From Felis catus (lineage: Eukaryota): a stretch of 64,000 bases of DNA. Made by a program: the position numbers and the translations under genes. The stretch spans positions 225,992,001 to 226,056,000 of the forward strand of contig NC_058368.1 in assembly GCF_018350175.1 (NCBI RefSeq). Reading direction: 5' to 3'. Below, one piece after another: positions 51,100-64,000 of this stretch (the first letter of the stretch is position 1; each line of letters begins with the position of its first letter). The notes beneath the pieces were generated by a model. It was not told the DNA's origin, made no database searches, and saw only the letters and a program-made list of their open reading frames with translations.

Positions 51100-53270
51100 T
51101 GAACCACCACCATTATCCTGATCTTAAGGGTCTCATACCCTGGCACCACCTCTTCCTAGGTCACTGACCCTAGAACGACCTGTCCAAGAACTCTTCTACT
51201 CTAAGAAGACTTCTACTCAACTGACCTACCTCTTTACTGTCCCTCATTCCTCTGATATCCATATGCAGCCTAGCTACTACGTTCTACCCACTGTAATGGT
51301 TCCCTTACAAATACCCTTCATCTCTCACTCCTCCCTTATGCACTTGACTCGTAAAACACCAACTCCAGGAGCACGTGGGTGGCTCAGTTGAGCATCTGAT
51401 TTCAGCTTAGGTCACGATCTCATGGTTCATGAGTTTGAGCCCCACATCAGGCTCACTGCTGTCAGTGCAGAGCCTGCTTCGGATCCTCTGTTCCCCACTC
51501 TGTCTGCCCCTCCCCTGCTCATGTGCGTGCTCTCTCTCTCTCTCAAATAAAAACATTTTAAAAAGACACAATTATAAACACACACACACACACACACACA
51601 CAAACACCAACTCTAGTTAAGCTCAGCCCCTTGACACCTGTTCCACACCTGCACCAGAACAGCTGACTATACCTGGAGAAAATACATGACTGCAAGAATC
51701 TCAAGTGGGACCTCAGAAACATGCTGTATTTCCTTAATAGTGAAGTCTCATTCTCTGAGACAACTGTTTAACGTTTTCTCCTCTCTTCCCAAACTGATTA
51801 TCTTACTCCTCATCTCACTTAGAAAATAGAAGCAAGCAGAGAACAATCCCATTTTGTTGTAGCAAATCTACCAATCTAACAAGTGTCGAAATCCTGCCAT
51901 TCTGCCTGTTGTCCTGTTGGCAGGATGTCTTAGGCCAACCTCTCTTCCTGCACTTGGATCCTAGCCTATCTCACTACTCAAGGACTTTGCTCCTATACCT
52001 GTTGCCTCTCTTCCCTACATTATCAATTGCTACCTCTCCAATGGAATACACCTCTTCCCTACCCAGAAAGGCTACAATGTATCAAAAGTTACCCAAAAAG
52101 TGCCCCCCTTGATCTTCCAATCTCCTCCAGGAACTGTCCCACTGATCTGTTTGCCTTTAAGCAAATTCTTTTAAGGAATTTTCTATCTTCTCCATCTCAT
52201 TTCTCACCTCCCGTTTTCTTTTTTATCCCCTCTATTTAAGCTTTTGTCCCTATTCACTTGCCCCATCCACTGAAAGTTCTCTTGTCAAAGTCACTAATGA
52301 CTTTCATCTTGCCAGATCCAATGTAAAATTCTCGATACTCATTTTATTTGAGCTTTCGGCACATTCGACGCACTCCATACTCCTTGAAGCACTTTATTTG
52401 CCTTCTATGACTCACGTTCTTGATTTCGATTTACCTCATTGGCTTCTTCCCTTTCACTCTCTTGATGAGTCTATTATCTCTCTGCTTCTCTTAATGTTGG
52501 AATGTCCCACAGCTCACTTCTCAAAACTCTTCCCTCTGACTGATCTCATAGCTTTAGATACCACTACATGATGATCTCCCCAATATTTTTCCTCTCTCAT
52601 TGAGCTCTCTTGAGCTCCAGACTCTTATAATCAACTGCCTTGTCAACATCTTCTTCTAAGGACCTTCATGTTATCTCAAGTGTAGTATTTCCAACTCACA
52701 ATTGATTCCACCTCCTCCAAGCCACTCTTCCTCCCATTATTCATGTCAGAAATCTAAGATTTGAGTCCTGATTCTGTATTTTCCCTCATATGCCATTTGT
52801 AATCCATCAGCAAGGCCTGGTTGACCTACTTTAAAAATATATATGAATCTAATCCCAATTCTTATCAGTTTTTCCTCTAACACCCTAGCCCAAGGCACCA
52901 TGGTCTCCCTGAACCACCGTCAAAACTCCTACAGAATGAACCTTTCAGATGTAAGTCAACGTACTTCCAACCAAATCCATGGCTTTCTATCAGACGGAGA
53001 ACAAAATCCAACACTTTAATATGGCTGAAAGCCCCTATGTGATCTGGCCCCTGCTCACCCCAGTGACCTCCTCACCTGCCATCTTTCTCCTTTGCCTATT
53101 CCAGTCTGTCTGCTATGGCCTCCTTGCTGATCTCTGTATACACCAAGATCATTTCTGGCCCAGGCATTTGTACTTTTTAGTCCTTCCCATTAGAACACTC
53201 TTTTAAAAGGGCTTTAAAGATCTTGCCCTTATAAGTTTTTTTCAGGTCTTTTCTCTAGTGTCCACACTAA
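51100..53270 (+). mobile_element. L2 (L2a-like) ORF2/3' fragments
   Basis: ccactgaaagttctcttgtcaaagtcactaatgactttcat, gagctccagactc...caactgcctt, aatccatcagcaag. Confidence 0.75.
51367..51601 (+). mobile_element. SINEC with (CA)n in its tail
   Basis: TSD aaacaccaactc at 51354-51365 / 51602-51613. Confidence 0.92.
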
Positions 53271-53604
53271 AAAGTATAAACACCACCACTATCAACAACA
53301 AAAACTATCTAGGACTTAAATGTAGTGTTCATGATGCCCCCAAATAAATAAACAAATATAAATAAATAGAATCTCCAAAATTAAAAAATAAAACACCGAA
53401 CTCCTCTTACTATCTGTCACATTGTTTTCCTCAGTCTCTGCTTCTAGAGGATGCCAATCAACGTCTGAGAAGCCCAGGAGAAAAGAAGGACCTTCAACAT
53501 TAATTGACAAGGAGGAGGAAGAGAGGGCCTTAGACGGTGCTCAATATCTAAACATCCCTCCTGCTCAGAAACATTTTGGCACATTTGGTTTAAAAAATTA
53601 ACTC

Positions 53605-54075
53605 TACTAGTTGGGATTCCTATCTGTCTTTACGTGGCTCAGATGCAAAATAGCAATGTCTTAGATAAGACAGTTTATTTTTCTTTTGTTTAGGAGCCTG
53701 GGCTGGTATCATGACTCTGCTCTACAAAGTCTCTAGGGATCCAGCTCCTTCCATCTTGTTAATATGCCAGCCCTAGAATACCCACTGGCCGTTCTAAGAT
53801 GACTCCCCCTCCAACAAGGAAGGAGGAGGGGAGAAGGTAAAGCAAACCCCATGCCTTTAAGTCCTAACCCCAAAGTGGCACACGTTATCTCCACCAATAC
53901 GGCATTGGCCAGAATCTGGTTATGTGAGTATGTCTAGCTAGCTGTGTGGGAGATGAAGAATTTTGTCCTTGTTCTATTCTGTGTGGTCGTGTGCTATATA
54001 CTGGCTGAATATCAGGGGTTTTACTGTTACAGTAGAAGGGGTGAATGGCTATTAGGTAGTGATGGGAAACTTCAG
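53605..54075 (-). mobile_element. MLT1J-like LTR
   Basis: agggatccagctccttccatcttgtt...cattggccagaatctggttatgtg...ctagctg. Confidence 0.7.
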
Positions 54076-56844
54076 TAATGCACATTTCATGAAAAATAAT
54101 CACATAAGAATTATAGAATGACTGTATTGCAATGAACTGGCTATCGTGTGCACATGTATGTGTGTGTATCTATGTAGGTGTATAAAAATTTGTGTATGTC
54201 TAAGAGAGATGAACTCTTGAAAGATTGATAAACTCTCTCCATAGAGGAGTTCAAGAAGGTCTGGGAAACATCATGGAGTAAGTCTATAACCTCTCAGGGC
54301 AATGACTTTAGAGAGAGCATCAATAATTGTGTTCTTAAAGCCTGCTGTGTTTTTACTTCATACAAATGCATGAGGATCAACCTCGTACTCTGTGTATTAG
54401 GAACATGACATGATTTATACCTGCATAACCAGATATGTGGTGTAACAAAGAACTTTTTAATTTCCTCATTAGAATAAGTAATCACGACTGTAAACAGCTA
54501 TCAGTATGATTGTAGGGCTTAGTAATACCTATGGAGGAGGCAAGTCTGATTTTAGGTGTAATGGTCTCTCCCTCCTTCTCCCCCCCGTAGCTTTGCCTCG
54601 ACTGCTGTTAAATGCTATCCTTTTAATCAGTCTTGATTGCTTTGCCTTGCTTTGAGACTTGCTTAGAGACTCCTCAGAGGCACATTGTTTCATGGGAGAC
54701 AGCTGTTCTTTCCTAGCTCACACTGACTGCGGTTATATATAGTGACGATAATAACCGTCTGCACATACGCACACAGCACATGGGGACCCACTGATGAAAA
54801 TTAGTGTTTTGTGCGTATGTAGTGCTTTCCTTTGATTGCATTTACAAACATCCAGCCTAACTTCCCCCCTCCAGCTGCCGCAACGTATCTCCTTAGCTCA
54901 CAGAGGGGTCAAAAATTGCCCCCTCAACCTCCAAGACTCCTCTACAACTTGATAATTAACACATTCCTGACTGAGGTTTCCCCTTCCAGTTTCTCCTCTA
55001 AAAAAAAAAAGATTCAGATCTCTAGGTTTTTAATTCTTTGAATTTTATTCTGCGAACAAAGCTTTTATTCTGTAAGTACGATGCAATTTCTAGATAAATT
55101 CCACTTACAAAAATAAAATATTTTTAATTTTTTTAATTTGAATCAATTTTGAAATTGGTATTTGTAACATTCAGCTCCACTTCCACTTCCCATGAGGCAC
55201 CAGTGACTGTAAAACAAAGGGCTTAAAAATATTGATTACCAGTGGGAAGAAAAGTAGAACATGCTCCTTATTAATGTGTTTGATAACAGTTCCTTTGTTT
55301 AAAATGCCAACCCAAGTTTCTTCACTGATCATATAGAATTTATAACAGTCATATACTAAAAATGGAGACCACCTATTTGAAATAACAAATAGTGTCCTTG
55401 TTTGTGGCGTCAGCCTAATCAGATCTCATATGCAGTGACAAAGGCCCCCTCTCATTGCCAAATGGAGCATCTCTAAAGCCCAAAGTATGGTTGTTCACCA
55501 CACTGGCCTTTCAATAACAATCTATTTTGAAGTTGGCAGTTGTATTAAAGGGCATGATATTTACACTACGGTGCATATTCTTCGGGGTCTCTGGTTTTCA
55601 TTTAATTTTAGGTCTTCATATTCACTCTTTTTTCTTCCTAGTTTTACATATCCTTATGTTAATGTTTCATTGCCATGGAAAATCCCATTATTTTTTTTTG
55701 TTTCTTTTCTTTTTTTCATTTAAGACACTACAGTGTTGTCTTTACCACAGTTTCCTCACAGTTTACCACCATAGCATAAACTAGGGCCATAATTTCTCTA
55801 TGTCCTCTTTGAATTGCATCAGGACCATAGTGGAGTGAACCAGATGGTTTTCCCCAAAAGAGAGAACTCTGGGAGAGGGCACACCGTTTCTGAGGTCACA
55901 GATGACCCCAGTGGCCACATTGCATATGGTACCCCAAGACAATGCAGTCAGTAATTATAGAGGAGGTGGTCTCTGCTGTTTAGAGCCTCCTCGTTTTTCT
56001 TCCAGGCTGCTTTCCCTCTTGCTGCACATCCAGCCTTTCCTGATGGCCATTTTGTCTACGTGCAGTATACCAGAGACTGCACTGGCTAAGGCTTCTGCTC
56101 TGGGCTCTATCTCTTCCTATGTCAGTTTTGATATGATAGATGGCATCTCTGAGCCTACGTACTTAGTTTAACAGAGGTGGGAAAATGGAAAGAACTTGAG
56201 AGTAGGCTGACTTGGGTTCTGAGCTTGGTTTTGTCTATTACTGGCGGCACAATTAATTACCTTGAGCACTTGACCTCCTCTCGGGGATTTGGGCACAATG
56301 CATGAAGTCTTACATTTGAAGGGCCTGCCTTGTATCAGAGCTTTATAGCTCTCTGCTTTCTTGTCCTACTTGTCCCACCACTTTTGTGAGAGTCTGGTGA
56401 GATAAAATGAGAGAACACACTTTGAGTATTGCCTGGGAGCGTTCATGGTTTTCAATGGTGGACTGCATAACCAGAAGGTACATTTAGATCAGATAACTAT
56501 TACTGACAACAGTTGGTTACACTGAGAACATACACACCCCTGGCCTGTCTTGGTGACTTCAAAAGTGATTCACATGTGGGTCAAGTCCTCATTGGTATTT
56601 TACTCTTATTTTCTGCTTTTCAATAATCTTGAATAATGTGTGAATTTTACAGTTTGAAATTAAACTTGAGGGACTTGAAATTATGCCACTTAATTGAGTT
56701 TCAGTTGCAAATGTGAAGGGTTCTAAATGATCCCTGTACACAAATGATACAAATGATGTCTGTCAAATGATGCCTGTACATAGGCAATACAATGGAAGCC
56801 AGTCATGGTTTATCAGTTTCTGCCGATGAGCTAATTCAACGTGC

Positions 56845-57340
56845 TGTTGTGCTAACTGTGCTACCTTGGCTGGACTCCATTCCCCAGGCATTTACTCTCT
56901 AGCCTTCTCTGTCCTGCTCTTTGCCCGAGGTGGCTGGTACTGTGGGCAAGGATCCTGGAGCTCCTTCACCTTTCTAGTTAAGTTTGACCATAGGGAAGCG
57001 TGAGCAGGAGCTCAGAGGATCGAGAGAGAGAGGTCAGCATACTTCAGACTGGATTGCACATTAGCTGGTCTCTCCCAGTAGCTGATTCCTTTGATGACCA
57101 CAGCCACACTATTTCTTCCAAAGCTTCAGCTCTCACTGAGCTTCTTCAACACAAATTCCTTTCTTGTCCCTCCAGTTTTAGGGTTGAAAAAACTCCCACC
57201 TGTTGCTCTTCCTTTGGGCCTCCCTGTTCCTTGTCTGTTCCTTTAATCCTTCCCAAAACTCAGTAAGAAGTCTCTCCTATTGAACCTCCATATTTGAATC
57301 ACTCAGGGTGAACCCTGTTTCCTGCTAGACCCTGGTCTTT
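56845..57340 (+). mobile_element. LTR33-like ERVL LTR
   Basis: ccttctctgtcctgctctttgccc...gtttgaccatagggaagc...cagctctcactgagctt...ctgtttcctgctagaccctg. Confidence 0.65.
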
Positions 57341-58379
57341 ACTCTTGAGAGCCCTCAAGTCACCAGTCTACACAGGGGATGCCCAGATTCTCGATTTCCT
57401 CTTCTTAGATCATGAAAAAACTTTACCTCTGATTGTTCCTGCTAGAAATGCCTTCAATTAATCAGCTTTATATGTTCAGCTCAATTTGAGGGTGAGGGTG
57501 GCATTGAAACATTAAGTACAAGCATGAGAAACATTTCATCTTCTCTAAAATTAAGTGAATGTCCAAAGTCATTCATTCAGATAAGAATCCACATGCTAAA
57601 CCTCTCCACCATGAAAAAGGTTCTTTTTGTCTCAATAATGTGATTATTAAATATCTAATTTCTCTATTAATTCTCTGAAAACATTTTAGGCAGTAGTCAG
57701 GTTATAAATTACACATACAGAAAATTCCATTAATATTACTTTTATTACATGATGAAGTCAAGGGTCTTGGCAGATAGCCATACTGGGAAGGGATTGCCTC
57801 CTGTATGTATGGCTTAGTGAACCCTCTAGTTGTTAGTGTTGTGGAAATAGGGACTAAACTGATGAAATAGTAAGAAAAATTGAGGGACCCAAATATCGAT
57901 ACAATCCTAAATAGAAAGTGGGGGGAAAAAGATATGGATGTTGAGTTTTTAAGAAAATTGGGAAGCAAAGTATAAAAGAATGAACATTTTATATATGGAG
58001 AAAGGGCAGAATTTTGCAAGATCTCATAACTTCGGCTAAATGGCCTCCTAACCTTTTGAAAAGATGGATAGGGAAAAAAAATAGTTTAATTACTGAAGGC
58101 TTCATAGAGAAGTTAAAGGTATATGGGGAAGTCTTATTAAGTAAAAAAAGACAAATTATTAGTAAATTTTTAAAAGACTCTAAATTATCTAAGATTAAAA
58201 TTTAGAGGGAAAAGGGTAAGTATATGTGGCAAAAAAATGAGAATACTAATATAAGGCAATTCAGAAATATTCCCACTGAGATAGGAAAAAAGCCTCCAAA
58301 GAAAAGCAAATGTGTTAATAAATGAGACAAAATTCTATGACTCTTGCAAATGGCTTGGAGAAATCAATAATTCAAGATT

Positions 58380-58513
58380 TTTAATATATATATATATATA
58401 ATATGTATACTATGTATATTATAATATATAATACTATATATTATATTCAATACACATTTATTTATATATATTTAAAAAATATATATATATTTATATATAT
58501 TAAAAACCTTGAA

Positions 58514-58553
<40 letters not shown>

Positions 58554-58558
58554 TTATA
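58380..58558. repeat. (TA)n-rich low complexity plus (TG)n
   Basis: Direct reading. Confidence 0.9.
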
Positions 58559-58712
58559 TCAAACCCCTTGAGTATGTTGTTATTAAAAGGAATTATTGTT
58601 ATCATCTCAAGTGAACCATCTGTGGGGTCAGTGAGGAGTTACCCCAAGTGGTCTTTCCCTATAAAATTCAAAATGTTGCACAGTAAATAAGCACTGAGAA
58701 ATTGTCAACTTT

Positions 58713-59116
58713 TGTTGTGGGTTGAGTTGTGTCCTCTAAAGAGATACATTGAAGTCCTAACCCCTTAGTACCTGTGGATGCAGCCCTATTGGAAATAGAT
58801 GTAATTTGTAGATGTAATTGAGTTAGGATGAAGTCATAGGGTGGGTCTTTAATCCCATTTGACTGGTTCCTTTGGGAAGAGGGAAATTTGGACACCGGCA
58901 CAGACACACAAGGAGAAGGCCATGTGAGCTCAGAGGCAGAGCTGCAGGGTCTTGCTGTTGCAAGCCAAGATATGACAAGGCCAGCAGCCACCAGCAAAAG
59001 CTAGGAACAGGGACAGAGGGACTCAGAGTCTCAGAACTGAGAGAGAGTGCATGTCCATTGTTTTAAGCCACCCACTTGGTGATACTTTGTTTTGGCAGAC
59101 CTAGGAAATGAATACA
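58713..59116 (+). mobile_element. MaLR LTR MLT1B/C-like
   Basis: tgttgtgggttgagttgtgtcc...gaagtcctaacccc...ttgttttaagccaccc...ctaggaaatgaataca. Confidence 0.88.
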
Positions 59117-59425
59117 AGTTCCTCTTCTTTTTCTTGTCCTTCATGATGGTGAAAAACAGAAGGAGAGGTCCCTATGGGTACAGGCAATTAGGTAGTGCAT
59201 TCTTTACAGAGAACTTGTAAACAATAATACAATTAAACTAACAGCCAGGCTGTGCTTTGTCATCACGGTGGATCACCAATTTTAAACCTTGTCAATGATC
59301 AGCAACTAGTCTTCCCCCCAAATGAGGTGCTGCTGTAAGGTCTAACCATTTGCTGCAGTTACCGTAGAACTTTTAAAATACATATATAAGCTTCCAATGA
59401 GTACATTTATATTCTGTACTTTTTA

Positions 59426-59637
59426 TTTAAAAAAATTTTTTTAATGTTTATTTATTTCTGAGAGACAGAGCATGAGTGGAGGAGGGGCAGAGAGAGAGGG
59501 AGACACAGAATCCAAAGCAGGCTCCAGGCTCTGAGCTGTCAGCACACAGCCTGATGCAGGGCTTGAACCCACGAACTGTGAGATTGTGACCTGAGCCAAA
59601 GTCAGACGCTCAACCGACTGAGCCACCCAGGTACCCC
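59426..59637 (-). mobile_element. SINEC (feline type)
   Basis: TSD attctgta(c/t)ttttta. Confidence 0.95.
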
Positions 59638-60303
59638 AAATTCTGTATTTTTTAATGAAAAATGTTTTCTGTGCAGAGGTTAATATGGAGAATTCACAGT
59701 TAAACAGTCATCCTGCACCGTGGGCAGACTCAGCTATCATATTCCTTTCGGGGTAAAGCTTGAGCTCTGGGTTTGTGCAAGGTTTGTGCCTTCCTCCCCT
59801 TGATACTAGATATTCCTGTGTTTGAAGAGCAGACTCAAAGTAAACAGTGATAACACTCTGCCTCCCTAATGTGGCCACTTGGAGTTTTTATTTGTGTGTA
59901 AGTTTTTTCGACAGAAAAACTTAAAAGCTGCTAGAAAGGAAAGCGAAGACATGGATAGTGTTATGGTTTCTGGAATTTAATGCGAAATAGGATTTTTATA
60001 ACTCTCGACCCAACTTACTCTTGCGTTGAAGGCTTTTTTTTTTTTAATCACTTGTAAGTCTGCAGTTTAATGTAAAAGAAACTCATCTAAAATAAAATAA
60101 AATAAAGTGTGATTCAATCAACCATGATTGAGACTGGGTGGACAAATCTCATTGTGTTTTTTATCAAACATGACTATGTGAAGATCAATGTTGATGAAAT
60201 CATTGGCAAATTTGCAGTTAAGAATTGAAAAGAGAAGCTGTTGCACTATTATCCATTACGGTGATAAATCAATATATATGCATAAATCTTTCGATCTTTT
60301 AAA

Positions 60304-60340
<37 letters not shown>

Positions 60341-60373
60341 AACTAGTACTAATCAAAAGTACTAATCCATTAC

Positions 60374-60744
60374 TGTATTGGTTTCCTACCACAAACTGGG
60401 GAGCTTAAAACAACAGCAATTTATTTTCTCATAGTTCTGGGGGTCAAAAAGCTGAAATCAAACTGTTGGAAGGGTTGGTTCCTTTTAGAGGCTCTGGAGG
60501 CAGAATATGTTTCATGCGTCTCTCCTAGACTCTTGTGGCTGCGGGCGCTCTCCCATTTTCTGCCATTGCTTTCTCGTAAGCCTTCTCCCCCTGTGTCTGT
60601 GTTTTTCTCCTCTTCTTATAAGGACACTTATCCTTGGATATATGGATCTTGAGATTCCTCACTTAATCACATCTCCAAAGACCATGGTACCAGGGGTCAG
60701 GACTTGGACATATCTTTGGAGGAACCACGATTCAACCCAATACA
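60374..60744 (-). mobile_element. MaLR LTR MLT1C-like
   Basis: tgtattggtttcct...cttaaaacaacag...cttataaggacac...attcaacccaataca. Confidence 0.85.
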
Positions 60745-62151
60745 GCGAACTTTTGCCTATTATCTATGGCAATACTTATTTTATCTTTTTATTATTTTAA
60801 TTTGGGGGGCATGATTTTATATGAAAAGCTTCATAAAAGAAAGTGTTCACTGTCTCTGTTTCTTCTGTGGCCATTATTATTATTAATTTCACTTTATGAA
60901 TATTCCTAAGAGTACTAAAAATGGCTATGATTTATGAAGGAGCATGGCATTAAAAATTATTTTCTCTGAGTGCCAAATAGCTAGATATGGATTGCTTCTT
61001 TGCTGGGTTTTCCAAGGGAGAAAACAGAAAGCAGAGTACAGGCTGGAAAAGAGAAAACTGGGAGAGGATGAGAACTCATCCATGTGGTGATGTCATTGTG
61101 CAGAGCTTAACAGCATGAGCTTCTGAGTTTGAAGGTGAGGATTCATAACCCCAGCCTGTTGCCCTTGCAATGATATCTGACCTTAGCATGGCTTCACCAA
61201 GTGCAGAGACTTTTCAGAAGAGGGTGTAGGAAGGGAAACTCAATCATTTTTCACTTGTTGTGCATGTAGGGGTGCAAATGTAGGACCTGGTGCGCCCTAC
61301 AAAGCTGGCAAGGATGAAACAGATCTGGGCAGTCAGGCAGGGGTGAGGGTGGGGCAGCTTTGGACGCCCGGAGGATAAATGAAGGCATGGAGACTGGGAG
61401 AGAAGGGGTCAGCTGCGCTGTGCTTAATGTAGAGTCTATTCCTTCATCTTATTGGAAAAGGGAAGATAAAAGAAGATGGACAAGCTATACAATTAGTAGG
61501 CCATGACCTACCAGTGCTAACTGGGCCTTTAGAGAGGAAATCATCCAAGCTCCTTCATTGTCAAAGAGGAAATGTGGAGTCCACAGGGGTCTAATGTGTT
61601 ATCTGAGACAACTCATTGTGTTGGTGTGGAAGCCCCTCTTCCACGGTGCAGAAAACATACACGTAGCCTTTGTAGTAAGTTGTCCTCACCTGCCACGGAG
61701 GCTCCTTCGAACACTCTACTATGTATTTGCACGGAATGACTGGTACCATGAAAATACACCTATACAAGATTGCAATTATAGTCGCAAATTTATTATAGGA
61801 AGAAAATAATGAAGTGAAAAAATTAAAAACAGAGTCAATGATACACTTTACTGGGAAATACTTACCTTGTGTAAATACCTTAGATATGTTAAATGACAAC
61901 CACTTAGAAATGCATTACAGAATTCCTTTAATAAAATGTAAAATCCAGAGTTAATGGCTATATATATATTTTAATGACACACATTTATTGCTACACATAA
62001 TTCATTGCATATATTAAGTATGAAATTTCCTGTGAGCAATAATAAATGTGATTTATAAGTCACAAATTTGTGTGGAATCTATTTCTTATTCTCTTGAGGA
62101 CAGTTCCAAGAACCATAAAAAAATAGAAAAATATCTAAAACAATTGGAGAT

Positions 62152-62869
62152 CATGCCAGTCAGAGTGGCTAAAGTGAACAAATCAGGAGACTATAGATGC
62201 TGGCGAGGATGTGGAGAAACGGGAACCCTCTTGCACTGTTGGTGGGAATGCAAACTGGTGCAGCCGCTCTGGAAAACAGTGTGGAGGTTCCTCAAAAAAT
62301 TAAAAATAGACCTACCCTATGACCCAGCAATAGCACTGCTAGGAATTTACCCTAGGGATACAGGAGTGCTGATGCATAGGGGCACTTGTACCCCAATGTT
62401 TATAGCAGCACTTTCAATAATAGACAAATTATGGAAAGAACCTAAATGTCCATCAACTGATGAATGGATAAAGAAATGTGGTTTACATACACGATGGAAT
62501 ACTACATGGCAATGAGAAAGAATGAAATATGGTCCTTTGTAGCAACGTGGATGGCACTGGAGAGTGTTATGCTAAGTGAAATAAGTCATACAGAGAAAGA
62601 CAGATACCATGTGTTTTCACTCTTATGTGGATCCTGAGAAACTTAACAGAAGACCATGCGGGAGGGGAAGGAAAAAAAAAAGGTTAGAGAGGGAGGAAGC
62701 CAAAACATAAGAGACTCTTAAAAACTGAGAACAAACTGAGGGTTGATGGGGGGGTGGGAGGGAGGGGAGGGTGGGTGAGGGGTATTGAGGAGGGCACCTG
62801 TTGGGATGAGCACTGGGTGTTGTATGGAAATCAATTTGACAATAAAGTTCATATTTAAAAAATAATAAA
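62152..62869 (+). mobile_element. Young 5'-truncated feline L1
   Basis: 16-bp TSD taaaacaattggagat (62136-62151 / 62870-62885) and translation [26 protein letters not shown]. Confidence 0.97.
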
Positions 62870-63020
62870 TAAAACAATTGGAGATTTATTTGTTTGTGGA
62901 ATCATCTTTGTTTCAGTTCATCCTACAAAATATATTTTGAAATACAACTAGCTTATTTATATTCCTATCATCAAAATTATACGGAAATTAAAACATGTAA
63001 TTTTAAGTCTCTCTTCATTA

Positions 63021-63282
63021 TTTTATTTTATTTTATTTTATTTTATTTTATTTTATTTTATTTTATTTTATTTTAAATTTATATATTTTTCAGAGACAGA
63101 GTGAGACAGGGTACAAGCAGGGGAGGGGCAGAGAAAGAAGAAGACACCGAATCTGAAGCAGTCTCTAGGCTCCGAGCAAGCGTTCAGTACAGAGCCCAAC
63201 AAGGGGCTCGAACCCATGAACCCTGAGATCATGACCTGAGCCGAAGTCAGTCACTTAACCGACTGAACCACCGAGGTGCCCC
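63021..63282 (-). mobile_element. SINEC with (TTTTA)n tail
   Basis: TSD aag(t/g)ctctcttcatt. Confidence 0.94.
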
Positions 63283-63429
63283 AAGGCTCTCTTCATTTTA
63301 ATCACTCAAGGAACATACTAATTTTTTATGATTTTGAGTAAATCATTTTCTTCTGCTTTTTTAAAAATTAAAAGTGAACTTTATTACAAAATTAGTGAAT
63401 ATAAATTGTAAAAAATTTTAAATAAAAAT

Positions 63430-64000
63430 AAAAAAATTAAAACAGGACAACCTACAGAATGGGAGAAGATACTTGCAAATGATATTTTCTGATAAAAGTT
63501 TAATATCCCAAACATAGAAAGAACATACATAACCCAACCCCAGAAAAAACAAATAGTCCCATTAAAAATGGGCAGAGGACCTGAATAGACATTTTTCCAA
63601 AGAAGACATACAGATGGCCAACAGACACAATGAAAAGATGCTCGACATCACTAATCATCAGGGAAATGCAAATCAAAAACCACAATGAGATATCACCTCA
63701 CGTCTGTCAGAATGGCTAAAATCAAAAAGATAAGATATAACAAATGTTTACGAGGATGTGGTGAAAAAGGAGCCTTTGTGAACTGTTGGTGGGAATGTAC
63801 ATTGGTGCAGCCACCCTGGAAAACAGTATGGAGTTTCCTCAAAAAATTGAAAATAAGAATACCAGTAAATATGATCCAATAATTCCACTACTGACTATTT
63901 ATCCAAAGAAAATGAATAAACTAATTCAAAATGATATATGCCCTTCTTATGTTTATTTCAGCATTATTTATGATAGCCAAGATATGGAAGCAATCAAGTG
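63430..64000 (+). mobile_element. Older carnivore L1 ORF2 C-terminal fragment (runs off the right edge)
   Basis: [15 protein letters not shown]...[17 protein letters not shown]. Confidence 0.92.

Larger units (their letters stand above)
59150..60990 (+). mobile_element. hAT-Tip100 (Arthur1-like) transposon fossil, split by a SINE and an MLT1
   Basis: 60050-60240 decays from a hAT dimerisation-domain-like coding segment (tcaaccatg...acaaatct...gatgaaatcattggcaaatttgca). Confidence 0.55.

Noticed and set aside
54791..54812. CTGATGA as a hammerhead core or snoRNA box C
   Set aside because: No downstream GAAA plus stem III, and no suitably placed box D with a terminal stem.
1..64000. CRISPR arrays, operons or prokaryotic defence systems
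   Set aside because: The DNA is mammalian, and there is no repeat-spacer periodicity or gene-dense structure.

Overview
Mammalian nuclear DNA, almost certainly from a felid. The evidence is 13 carnivore tRNA-derived SINEC/Can-SINE copies of the feline type and cat-type L1 5' and 3' UTRs. I find no credible host protein-coding exon. The long ORFs in the track come from a (TTTC/TTCC)n microsatellite or from L1 fragments, so the window looks intergenic or deep intronic and is dominated by repeats. It contains: a 1.7-kb polypyrimidine tract; a TSD-flanked, nearly full-length but disrupted L1 (31.0-36.9 kb, minus strand); several truncated L1s; L2, MIR and MamSINE1 relics; many MaLR/ERVL LTRs; hAT and Tc1/mariner DNA-transposon fossils; and a young ERV solo LTR with a SINE inserted at its TATA box. 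The most interesting features that repeat families do not explain are a ~900-bp GC-rich probable retrocopy nested in Tigger2a inside L1ME (6.9-7.8 kb), the higher-order structure of the polypyrimidine tract, and a CpG-retaining tandem-hairpin element in unique sequence at ~54.7-54.8 kb. I see no evidence of a new multi-gene system. Repeat subfamily names come from recalled consensus sequences and need Dfam/RepeatMasker confirmation.
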